Origin: Schmidtea polychroa
Taxonomy: Eukaryota
NCBI GenBank assembly: GCA_044892525.1
Contig: CM097885.1
Location: 237,276,001-237,340,000 of the forward strand
Reading direction: 5' to 3'
Length of the DNA stretch: 64,000 nucleotides
Below are positions 26,040-36,882 of this stretch, piece by piece. The position numbers and the translations under genes were made by a program. Position 1 is the first letter of the stretch. Each line of letters opens with the position of its first letter. The notes under the pieces were generated by a model. It made no database searches. It was not told the origin of the DNA and worked only from the letters and a program-made list of their open reading frames with translations.

Positions 26040-26900
26040 AAATATAAATGAGAATAATGGCTACGAATAGGAACGGAAATAACAGACGTGAATATAGACG
26101 AGAATGTAAAAGGAAAGATAAACGAGAATATAGATGAGTACCTGGAAAGAAACATAGACGCGAATATAAATGAGAATACAGCCGAAGTCATTGACAGATA
26201 TATAACTGAAAATAAATAAGACCGTGAAGGAAAAAGACGAAAAAAGAATTGAAAATAGACAACCGTGTAGGAGAATAGATGAGAATATAGAATGAATAAT
26301 GGAGAACCGAGTCAAGAATAATAATAAGTCTAAAAATTGGCAACGATAATGGAAAAAGAGAGATATAAAGGACAACCAATAAGGTAAACGGAGGAAATTA
26401 TAAAAATCGGAAACAAACATGAACAGAATAAAGACTACATCAATGAAGAAAACTAAGATAGAAACAAGAATACAAGTAATGTAAGTCAATAGATAGAGAT
26501 AAGCCAAGGAAAAAAGACAGTTAAAGTAGAGAAAACTATAGAAACGAAGAAAAGGAGTGTGAATTAAATAAGAAGGATCGAAAAAATTTCGTAGGAATTT
26601 GAGAACCAATGTGTAAACAAAACTAACGACGAAATGAATATTAAGATATGCCGGCACCCAAAGAAAACCAAAGTAAAAATATTGCAATTGCACTATATAA
26701 TATATATTACAATTTATAAATATAATAAACGATAGGGAGAAGTGATATTTTTCTATTCAGGTAAATCAATCAAACAAGCCAACAGCCAAGTATCAGCAAC
26801 CAACTAGAAGTTATTGTCAAACAATTAAGCCAAGTTCGGAAATATTGAACCAATAACAAAGCATACCAGATCAAAACAGTTAATAATAGAACCAAGTTTA

Positions 26901-29462
26901 TTGAAAGAAGAAGAATTAAAAGTTGCAAAGAAAGGAAGACGAACTATTAAACCCACGCAAGCACAAGAAATCGAAAAGCAAAATCAAAAAGACATCTCAA
27001 AGACCAAAGGTCGATCCATAAAAGGAAGCAGTGAAAAGGATTTCGAAAACAATAGGCCAAGAAGCGTAATACGCGTATCAGAACCTCAGGAAGGAAAAAC
27101 TCTATCTGAAAACAGAAATAATAAAAGTGACATAAACCTAATAAAAGAAAAGACAAACGGAAAAAGAATACAATTAGAAATGGTAGATACAACAGCCCAA
27201 ATGGAAGCGATCAACAAGAGACTCAGTGAAATGGAGATACCCAATTTCCAGGGAAAATATAATGGCGAAAAATATGACGGAAAACCGAACAAATTATCAA
27301 ACTTTATCCAACAGTTTGAATCTTATTGCGATGCTCTAAAATGGACAAACGAAATGATAGTGAGAAGACTCCCACTATATCTAGCAGATGACGCGTTTAA
27401 TTGGTACGTCGGAATAAAAGAGTGTACAACCCCACTAAAAACCTGGAAAGAAATTAAGGAAGCTCTGATAAAAACATTTGGAGAAGCAAAAGATGCACAA
27501 TACAAATTTCTAGAATTCTTCAATCGAGGACAAGCAGTGAATGAATCAAATATACTTTACGCAAGCACACTAAGACGTCTAGCCAAACCGCTGTTCAGTG
27601 AAAAGGATATGGAAACACAACTAGTAACCCAATTTGTAAAAGGATTGCGACGAGATGACATTAAAGGCGTAGTCGGATGCAAAATCTGCAAGACGCTGGA
27701 CGAAGCAGTAGAGGCAGCGAATGTAAGCGAAATGTATACCAAAGTAACACAACCACCAAGTAGGAGGCCTATCGCAGATAATCAACCCCAGCACCACAAA
27801 CAGTGGAGTCATAACAACAATAATCGAAGAAACGAAAATGACAACAAAAGCAAGAGGTCGAATAATGGAAACATTGGAAAGTTTTGTAATAACTGCAAGA
27901 GGCAAGGACACTGGCTCGATGAATGTCATGGGCAAAGAAGATGTTGGAATTGCGGTAAGAAAGGACATACCGCAGTAAGATGTGGAGTATCCAAAAAATG
28001 TTTCTCGTGCGGACAAGGAGACCATCTAGCAGCTGCATGTACGAATAAAAGAAACCAACAACGGAGTGACAATAGGGATACGTCAGCAAAGCAACTAGCT
28101 GAAATGCAAAATCAAATAACAATTCTCACAGGACTGTGCAGTAACATGATCGATTATCAGTTTCAAGCGGAAGGAAAACAACAATCAAGAATAAATGTAT
28201 TACAATGTGTGGGAGGCACATTACAAATTCAAAATATCCGAACAAAACAACAACGAGAATGGAATACCTTACAGATCGCGGAAGCACGAGAAGCGGAAGA
28301 AAGATGGAGTAAACGAAAAGAACCTCAGGCAAGAAGAGAAGAAAAATATTGGAAAACGAGAAAGGAAGAACTTTTAAAATTGGATATAATGAGACTAACC
28401 ACCAACGACAACCAGAGGGAAAAGATAAAAGGAATATGGGAAAGAGAACAAAAAAGAGTAATACAAATCAATATGATGAGAATGATAACGAGCAACGAAA
28501 TAGATTTACAAAAAATTTCGGACTCAAGGATCGAAAGCGAAATAATTGAAAAACTGGAACAGGTAATATTAGACCATCAAAACATCAAAACATTTGAGGA
28601 CAATCAGAGAGATTATACCGGCATCGATAGTCAGGGTGGAATTGCAGTAATCCCGGAAAAGCGCGAATCGAAGAATGGCGAAAATCACGAAAAACGAAAT
28701 AATGAAAAAACGCAAGAAAAGTACCATGACATAAACACGTTAAAAATTGAAAGCGGGTGCGAACCAGATATCGAATGGGACGCGAGTACAAACAATTACT
28801 GGAACAAATACCAACCACAAGGACACAATGAGCGCTATCGGTTCTTCGATAAGACGTATGGGAATTGTCAGAAAAATGAGCACAGAAAAAATAAATATCG
28901 CCGCATAAAGAGGTGTTACGAATGTAAAAGAACTGGACATTTAGTCAATAACTGTCCGAATGGGACAAACCCAGTGAGAGATCAGTCACGAGAATACGTC
29001 ACAGAACAGAACAATAAAAAATATGTCGAAAACAGAATTTATCAGCCAGAAATTAGAAAACACCAATCTCCAATGCTAATAAAACAACAGTCGACAAATG
29101 TACAGAGACGGACAAATGACGTGAAGGAACAGGTGAAACCCAACGCATACGAGGAATTGAGGAGACAATGTGTGGAACAGTGCAGGTTAATAATGGAACT
29201 AGTTGTAAAAGAAACGAGACAGGATGAATTGATAATGATATGGAGAAAGGTTGCAGAAAACAGAACAAGAGAAAATGAAGTACTCAAGACAACGATACTC
29301 CGACTAAAAGAAGAAGCAAGGTCAGCCGAATTAAGAATCAATGAAATAACGAGTAATCAAGAAAAATGTAAAGATATGGCAGAAGAGACACAAATGATGA
29401 CAGCCAAGGAAAAGCAGAAGGGTAGTCCAAAGGATGTAGTGGAAATTAACGTGGAAGTGTAG
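26901..29462 (+). CDS. gag: Gag-like protein (capsid-like domain plus four CCHC zinc knuckles), up to 853 aa
   Basis: Retrotransposon Gag-type core (YDGKPNKLSNFIQQFE...LPLYLADDAFNWY...TWKEIKEALIKTF...Q..NES...YASTLRRLA...QFVKGL). Knuckles CNNCKRQGHWLDEC, CWNCGKKGHTAVRC, CFSCGQGDHLAAAC and CYECKRTGHLVNNC. The true start is uncertain: 26901 is TTG and the first ATG is at 27180. Confidence 0.93.
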   Translation: MKEEELKVAKKGRRTIKPTQAQEIEKQNQKDISKTKGRSIKGSSEKDFENNRPRSVIRVSEPQEGKTLSENRNNKSDINLIKEKTNGKRIQLEMVDTTAQMEAINKRLSEMEIPNFQGKYNGEKYDGKPNKLSNFIQQFESYCDALKWTNEMIVRRLPLYLADDAFNWYVGIKECTTPLKTWKEIKEALIKTFGEAKDAQYKFLEFFNRGQAVNESNILYASTLRRLAKPLFSEKDMETQLVTQFVKGLRRDDIKGVVGCKICKTLDEAVEAANVSEMYTKVTQPPSRRPIADNQPQHHKQWSHNNNNRRNENDNKSKRSNNGNIGKFCNNCKRQGHWLDECHGQRRCWNCGKKGHTAVRCGVSKKCFSCGQGDHLAAACTNKRNQQRSDNRDTSAKQLAEMQNQITILTGLCSNMIDYQFQAEGKQQSRINVLQCVGGTLQIQNIRTKQQREWNTLQIAEAREAEERWSKRKEPQARREEKYWKTRKEELLKLDIMRLTTNDNQREKIKGIWEREQKRVIQINMMRMITSNEIDLQKISDSRIESEIIEKLEQVILDHQNIKTFEDNQRDYTGIDSQGGIAVIPEKRESKNGENHEKRNNEKTQEKYHDINTLKIESGCEPDIEWDASTNNYWNKYQPQGHNERYRFFDKTYGNCQKNEHRKNKYRRIKRCYECKRTGHLVNNCPNGTNPVRDQSREYVTEQNNKKYVENRIYQPEIRKHQSPMLIKQQSTNVQRRTNDVKEQVKPNAYEELRRQCVEQCRLIMELVVKETRQDELIMIWRKVAENRTRENEVLKTTILRLKEEARSAELRINEITSNQEKCKDMAEETQMMTAKEKQKGSPKDVVEINVEV

Positions 29463-30489
29463 ATGAAAATAGTAAAAAGGAAGTGAACATATGTAAAAAT
29501 TGATGTATAAATAGCAAACTAAATGTACTAGATGTATAGGTATAAATTGATGTATAATGTGGCAAAAGATCGATGTATAAATAGAAATGGATCAAGTAAT
29601 CAGTTGGGAAAAATACAAAATTTGAACCCTTACAATGGTAAAGGAGAACAGAGGCTCAAATGAGAAGAAAAAATATAAATCCAGAAGAAAGATAAAGATG
29701 CAAACCTAGAAAGAATGAGTTAAACGAATATCTAAAAATAATACCTAATTTGGAACCCCTAAACAAAGAACGGTAAAAGATCCTGATAAATGAGACGAAA
29801 GTCACAGACCCAGTGACATTAGAAACTTAATCAAATCAGGCGAACTTAGACCAAAATCGAAAATAATTCAAGTTACCCACTAGAGGAAGAAAACCCTTAA
29901 TAAGAGCAATACCGTAAACAAAACCACCAAGAAAAACCAAAAGAAAAATCAATGTGTCAAATCACCCAGTTGAACAAAAGTTCCGAAAACCCTGGAGCAA
30001 GGTCCGTCAATACCATCAAATGATCCAGAAAATCAGAATCCCAACCTAAAAATCCAAAGAGAATATAGGAAAACAGTCAAACCCCGATAGAGAGAATCCT
30101 ATGATCTTCAGTAAGTATTACGAGCTAATTATGAAAATCAACAACAGGAATCAAACATGCCTACAAAACCCAGCCGAAAGATTGAAAACCGAACCCAGAA
30201 AAGATAAGAAACAACCAACTGAAGAATTGATCCAGAAATAAAACTTTTGCATATGACTCGTACTTGAGTTTGGACACTGTATCAGTATGTATGTGTATTA
30301 TGACCAGTCACTGTATGTGGCAACTGCTTGAATTTGAGCTTAGACCTTTTTCTGCTAATTGAATTCTAACATGTCTTAAACTATTATAGTATGTTTATAG
30401 GTTAATGGGAATGTAATAGACTATGACCTGAGAAATTCATATGTCTAACAGAATTGCGGGACGCAATTTTAACGGGTCCCGGAGTGATT

Positions 30490-30893
30490 TGTTGGGCTGA
30501 AAACGAGAACTGAGAGTTTGTTTTAATCGATCGAAAATACCTAACACAAAAACCGCAAAGTTGAAAAAAATTTATGACCAAGGTTTAATTTAAAATAAAT
30601 AAAATAAACTACATCACACATTAAGAATCAATAAACCCCGTATAATAGAATAAAGAGATAAATAAATTTAACAGAAAATTCAACACTTAAAAATTTAAAT
30701 AGAAAAATAATAAAATATAAAATGGAATTAGTTGAAAATTATTTAAACAATATAAAAATTAAATCGTCAAAAATAATAAAATTAATTAGCATTATGTAAA
30801 TTGTAAAGTTTATAGAATTAAATGGTTATGTAACTTATTAAATTTAAAGAATAAAATTGTTTAAATTAATAAAAATTAATATAACTCAAATTA
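30490..30893 (+). repeat. Truncated 3' LTR start of copy 1 (first ~404 bp)
   Basis: Matches 17202-17605, then jumps to the sequence found at 16578. Confidence 0.95.
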
Positions 30894-33157
30894 TGATTTA
30901 AATCACTTGATTTTTTTTACGAATAAATCATGATTTCAATTTGTAGGAACTATGTTCCCCCTTTTTGTAGTGCGTGTGTGTGGGGTAATTCTGGAGAGTG
31001 TCTGTTGCCAAGATTGCTTTCGGAACCCCCGTTGCGAAAAAGTCTACACGGCACAAACGCATCTTACAGTAATGGTAAGCACACGTGGCAATCTTTTGTT
31101 TGTCAAGAGTCAAGTTCTTGCTATCACTGGCCTGGCGCCTTAAGGCCCTTAAGGGATGCGTGTGGGCCGACTAGGGAACCGTGTGCGGGAGACGGTTATT
31201 TTCACGCGAGTTCATCCTGTACCGCACACGATCAGTCGAGTCCAGTCGCAACCAAATATATACTAGTTTTTGACATTTTGAGCCTGTTTCATTATTTACA
31301 AACTCTATTATTATTTAACTAAAAGAAAAATTACAAACATTAATAGTGTAGTAAGTGTAGTTGTTTGATCAATGTGAAAATCTCCAGGAAGAAGCGGATA
31401 AAGTAGTCGTGTTTGTGAACTAAGCCGAAAGTGAATAAGAAATTAACCTAAGCGTTGGGTTACAAAGCATTTCTTTACCGGTGCTGGAGTGCTGGAGTCT
31501 AATTTTCGATTATTAGTGTTGGGCTGAAAACGAGAACTGAGAGTTTGTTTTAATCGATCGAAAATACCTAACACAAAAACCGCAAAGTTGAAAAAAATTT
31601 ATGACCAAGGTTTAATTTAAAATAAATAAAATAAACTACATCACACATTAAGAATCAATAAACCCCGTATAATAGAATAAAGAGATAAATAAATTTAACA
31701 GAAAATTCAACACTTAAAAATTTAAATAGAAAAATAATAAAATATAAAATGGAATTAGTTGAAAATTATTTAAACAATATAAAAATTAAATCGTCAAAAA
31801 TAATAAAATTAATTAGCATTATGTAAATTGTAAAGTTTATAGAATTAAATGGTTATGTAACTTATTAAATTTAAAGAATAAAATTGTTTAAATTAATAAA
31901 AATTAATATAACTCAAATTAGTTAAATTATAAAATTTATAAAATTAAAATTAATAAAAATTAAATAAGAAATTAATTAAATTTATGAAATTAAAACAAAT
32001 AAATAATTACACACATTCGTGCATGTGTGCAAAATCAATTCAATAATTCTCGCACTCTGATTGGATAGAGTACGCATTCAAAATCAGTATAAATACTGAT
32101 CACAAATTCATTTCAAAAACTCACTCTTTTTCCAACATAGCCACTTAATTTGCAGAACTCTCAGTTTCGGTTTTATGCCAACGTGGATGTGGTAAATTAT
32201 TTGTTATTGTTTTTGTAATTCTTATGAAGTATTTTAATTAATAAATTTTATATGTCTCAGTTAAATTTCCTTTAGTAAATTTTTTTTTGGTTTAAATCCA
32301 TTTATTCTATATCATAGTTTTCATTGAATTCAATTATATTATTTGTTGATTGTGTCGATGGTCTGGGCTGGGGAAAAGTTTGTGGACGGGCGGCACTACG
32401 TGCTGTTGTTCGGCAGATATTTCGCCGGTTGAGTCCATCGAGTTAGAGGACAGTGATAGTGATAGGAATGATCAGGGAGTGTAATGTCATTTTAGGTCGT
32501 TTAGGATTTTATTTAGATTTAGATAATGTAGGTGGCTTAGTCACCTTTATGTTTTATAGACATAAGCGAGTTAGGAGTAAAGATGGAATAGTTGAGACCA
32601 GTTGAAGATGGATAAAGTTAGATTTATGTAATTTTTCCGACAGCTCAGGATTAGAAACACAGGCAGATCCCTGCTCAAAATCTTTGAAGAACAATTTAAA
32701 TATTATGGCAAGTGTGGATTAACTTGAAAATAAGGGCCAACCCCTGCGCAAATTTTTCAAAGGATAATTTAAATATTGTAGGAAGTGTAGAACAATAATT
32801 ACTAGCTGGGAAATAAGGACGGATCCATGCTCAAAATTTTATAAGAGAACAATTAGAAATACCCGTAATTGAGGACCAACAACGCTCCAAAAATAGCATA
32901 CATAGTGAATAATGACGTAAGACCTTCTATCGGCAGTCTAGAACCCGAAAAGAAAATCCAATGGGGAGTAGTTTTAGTAATAGAGCTCACCTGCTCATTG
33001 TTTTTTCACCTTTGTGTACAGAACCAACATGGTCGTCGCCATGGGTACACAAATGGTTTAAATTGCAATAGTCATGGAGGTGCTTAGGAAAGAGTCGAAC
33101 GATTATGATTACCCCTAACGTATTTTAAAATGGAAACCCACCCCTAAGTAACCAACA
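30893..33157 (+). repeat. Direct duplicate of 16578-18842 (624 bp of hAT flank plus a full LTR at 31517-33157)
   Basis: Constant offset of 14315. ORF-track translations are identical (16615/30930, 16637/30952, 18554/32869), and I noticed no differences by eye. Confidence 0.96.
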
Positions 33158-33637
33158 TTAGTAATTAGCAGTCAATGGGAGACCGCCATCGACTCCGATA
33201 TTCACGACGTGGATATTTTGCAAAAAATAAACATTCTGTCCGTGCAAGTCAACGCGGCGCAATATTTTTAATATTGTGGGTTTGTTGTGCGCAATTAACA
33301 AATCCTGTGATGTTTTAACAGTAATTGGTTTATTCTAAATTCAATCCGTTTAAATCTTTACATCGACAATCTTAAACTCTTAATTCAATCTGTTTCAATC
33401 TTTACATAAATCTTAAAATCTTAAATCGTGTGGATCGCGTGACTTAAAAAGCGACTTGAAGCGACTGTCGCACGTCGCAGTTGCCAAGGGCATCGTCACA
33501 CTTTGGGGGATACGCCCCGTTCCCTCTTTCCTGCATGCCGGTGCATGCGGACGCGAACTTCGGTCAGCTTACGCCGCACAACTGGTGACGCACATACGCG
33601 AATTCACACACTCACACTATTGTTAATGCATTTATAT

Positions 33638-33814
33638 CAGTGGTGTCTATAACGTCGATCGCGAAGCCTTTAAACTTTAAACCTTTAAATGAAGATAAAT
33701 ATGTGGGAAGAAGAATAAGATTTTTTTTGTCTTCACATTTAGTCGATCTTGGCAAGACATTTTTATAATCGATCTTCGAAAAGTCGATCGGTCAAAAATT
33801 AGTGGACACCACTG
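33638..33814. mobile_element. 177-bp hAT MITE (Buster/Charlie type)
   Basis: TIRs cagtggtgtc...gacaccactg. 8-bp TSD ATTTATAT (33630-33637, 33815-33822) fits the Buster nnnTAnnn consensus. Confidence 0.9.
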
Positions 33815-33953
33815 ATTTATATGATTGAAACGTGAAACGTGTCGACCTTATTAGCAAAGCGATAATTTGCTTATCAACATGCAGCATCATTAAAAAAAAT
33901 TAATTAAATTTTAAAAAAATTAATAAATGATATTCATTTATGTGCAGAGCATA

Positions 33954-36481
33954 ATGAGTCAGCGTTATAAATCCGGATGCGAAAAGCGTAAAGAGCGACA
34001 AAAGAAGCTTGAAGAAAATGCTAGAGGAAGAAGAACATTGGAAAATTTGGGTTTCATAACTTTATCGAAATCCCAACAAGATGAAAAACAAAACCCTTCC
34101 GAATCAATAAATGCAAAGGAATCTGATGGAATTCCTACACTTTCCTTGTCTACGGATGTTGCGGATCCTTCAAGTTCAAGAACTGAAGAAACAACATTTC
34201 CCTTGTCTGAAGAAGCGGCCAACTGTGAAATGGAAGAAGCATCCACCAGTGAATCTATGGATGTGAATTTACTAAACATCGACATTGGATTGTTGAAATT
34301 AAATTTAATGAGAAAAGATGTAGAAGAGGCTATTCAACAAGGTCCAGAATCACATCCAGCAACATTTCCTGTTGATAAACAGGGCAATCAATTTCCAGTA
34401 AATTTGTTAAAATTTCGTTTAAAAAATGATGAAATTGTTTCTCGAGATTGGCTTGCTTGGAGCAAATCGAAAAATGCTCTGTTTTGTTTTCCTTGTCGTT
34501 TATTTTATAATTTTCGAGAAGATCAAAGATCAGTTTTGGCTACGGAATTGGGTTGGCAGCCTGATAGAGGATATAAAAAACTATATGATAGAATACCTGA
34601 GCATGAAAAATCAACCCACCATAAATCTTGTTATATCCAGCGGCGAACTGTAGAAATTAATATTAGTAAATATAGAACAATTGATTGCCTTTTAGTACAA
34701 CAAATACGAAATGAGATACAAAAATGGACAGATTTATTAAAAGGATTCTTAGATGTAACTTTATTTTTGGCTGAATGAGGTTTGGCTTTCAGTGGCAGTT
34801 CACATTTGATTGGAGATTCAAACAATGGAAATTTTCTCGGAATATTAGAACTTGTCAGTCGTTATGATCCACTTTTGGAAGCACATTTAAAAATGGTGAA
34901 ACAATCACAAATCGAGAAACAGAGATTGCAAGTACATTATTTATCGGCAGACATTCAAAATGAATTCATATCATGCTGTGCCGATTATTTGAGAACTTGC
35001 ATTTTGAGGGAAAGAGAAACTGTAAAATATTATTCTGTAATTGTAGAAGCAACTCCCGATTCCGCCCATATAGAACAAACTACATTTATTTTACGATACG
35101 TCTCTGTAAATAATCATTCAGATGAATACGAAATTAAAGAAAGATTTCTTGCATTTGTAAACTGCAATAAGAAGACTGGAAAAGATATTGCAAATTTAAT
35201 TCTCTAAACGTTTGAAAAATATTATATTCCTATAAGCGAATGTCGTGCACAAGGGTACGATAATGGATCCAATATGAGTGGCTCATATAAAGGTGCTCAA
35301 GCTCATATTTTGCAAATCAATCCACTGGCAATATTTTCCCCTTGTGCATGTCATAGTTTAAATTTGTGTGGTGTTCATGCAGCAGAATCTTGTCATGGGG
35401 TTGTAACGTTTTTTGGTACGGTACAAAAATTATACAATATTTTTAGCAGTAGCCCTCAAAGATGGGAAATATTAAAAAATAATACTGGACGTTCATTGCA
35501 CTCTATGTCAAATATACGTTGGTCTGCTAGAATTGAATATATTAAACCAATTGCTGAAAATATTCCTGCAATTAAAAGTGCCATAGATTCTGTTCTAGAA
35601 TTAAACTTAACATGGGAAATTCGTTCAGATCTGAACGGAATAAAAAAATATATGAAATCGTTTGAATTCTTAGTAATGGCTAAAATTTGGTACAAAGTCC
35701 TTCAAGCTATAAATTATAGAAATATTGTTTTACAAGCTCGTGATGCGACAATTGATGTAGAAGTAGCGAATTTGTCAAGTCTTCTTGATGAATTACAAAC
35801 AATAAGAGATAGTTGGGAAACTCTCTTCAATGAATGTAAATTGTTTGGTTCATCTTTAGAGATAAATACAGATTTTGAAGCAAAACGTAGTAAAGGGAAA
35901 AAATTGGGGAACGAATTAGAAATGACACCAAGTGACGAATTCAGAACAAATGTTTTCAATGTTTTCTTAGATTGTATTATTGGAAATATTGCAAGAAGAT
36001 TTAATGTGGCTAAAGAAATTGATTCGTTATTCAATGTATTATGGTTATTTCATAACCTTAATGATGAAGAAATACAAAAGAAGTCCGAAAAATTACAAAA
36101 AGTATATGAAAATGATATTGACCATAATCTTGGTGAAGAAATACTCCATTTAAAATCAATTTATGATGCCAATATACAAAACAAATCTCTCTCGCCATTG
36201 AGTTACTAAACATCATTAAAAAAATGAAACTGGATGTATTGTTTCCCAACATAATAATAGCAATAAGATTATTTTGTACGATCCCTGTAACCGTTGTTGA
36301 AGCAGAACGATCCTTTAGTGTTTTAAAAAGGATAAAAGATGTTTTGAGATCGACAATGTCACAACACCGAGTGAATGATTTAGGAATGTTGTCGATTGAA
36401 TCTGAAATGGCTAAGAAAATTGATCTTCAAAACGTAATTAATTTGTTTGCTAGGCGCAAGGTTCGGAAAGCAACATTCTAA
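33954..36481 (+). pseudogene. hAT transposase (ZMYM1-like: TTF-type zinc finger, DUF4371-like region, hAT dimerisation domain), inactivated
   Basis: WLAWSKSKNALFCFPCRLF, GNFLGILELVSRYD, YLSADIQNEFI, YYSVIVEATPD (Glu where the catalytic Asp is usual), QGYDNGSNMSG, CACHSLNL and VTVVEAERSFS. In-frame stops at 34776 and 35205 and a frameshift near 36200. Start taken at the ATG of MSQRYKSG. Confidence 0.94.
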
Positions 36482-36812
36482 AAAATAATTTGTTTTTTGT
36501 ACTTTTTTTTGTAATTTTAGTTGTAAACGTTTTCATTTTTGTAAGAGAATTATTGATGAATACATTGTCCCAATAACAATTAGGATATTTTTCGGTTTCC
36601 CGCTTCATTTATAAATAGCCCAAAGTCCGAGAGGGAAAAAAATTTTTTTCACGCTCTTGGCAGGGGCCCCCACAAGAAGTATATCCCCGGGCCCCAAAAG
36701 TCCTCTCGGCTGCCCTGAATACAAGTTAATAATAAATTATTGAAAATAAGCAAAGTAATTACTCATTTTGTATAATAAGGCCATAGCAGACAAATAAATC
36801 GAGCAATGCATT

Positions 36813-36815
<3 letters not shown>

Positions 36816-36880
<65 letters not shown>
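36816..36880. repeat. (TA)n microsatellite
   Basis: Pure TA run. Confidence 0.98.

Positions 36881-36882
<2 letters not shown>

Larger units (their letters stand above)
17202..33157 (+). mobile_element. Large non-autonomous Gypsy-like LTR retrotransposon, copy 1 (gag only, no pol)
   Basis: 5' LTR 17202-18842, PBS, internal region 18843-30489, a 3' LTR start at 30490 and a complete LTR at 31517-33157. 4-bp TSD TTAG (17198-17201, 33158-33161). The Gypsy assignment is inferred from the Gag type and the TSD, since no RT is present. Confidence 0.93.
16512..36717 (+). mobile_element. hAT DNA transposon (ZMYM1-like/Tip100-type transposase) carrying a nested LTR element and a MITE
   Basis: 8-bp TSD AATACAAG (16504-16511, 36718-36725). 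Imperfect TIRs CAGGCCCGACAAGAGG / CAGGGCAGCCGAGAGG (12/16). Subterminal cccgggg motifs at both ends, and a transposase near the right end. Confidence 0.92.

Noticed and set aside
23321..26693. Many hydrophobic F/L/I-rich minus-strand ORFs (also 601-907 and 56000-59700 on +) as membrane or env proteins
   Set aside because: Expected by-product of the T-rich antisense strand. Frames and lengths are mostly not preserved between the two copies, and no env features were seen.
28600..28660. GIDSQG as a retroviral aspartic protease active site
   Set aside because: Not D-[ST]-G, and lacks the hydrophobic strand context and the downstream ILG motif.
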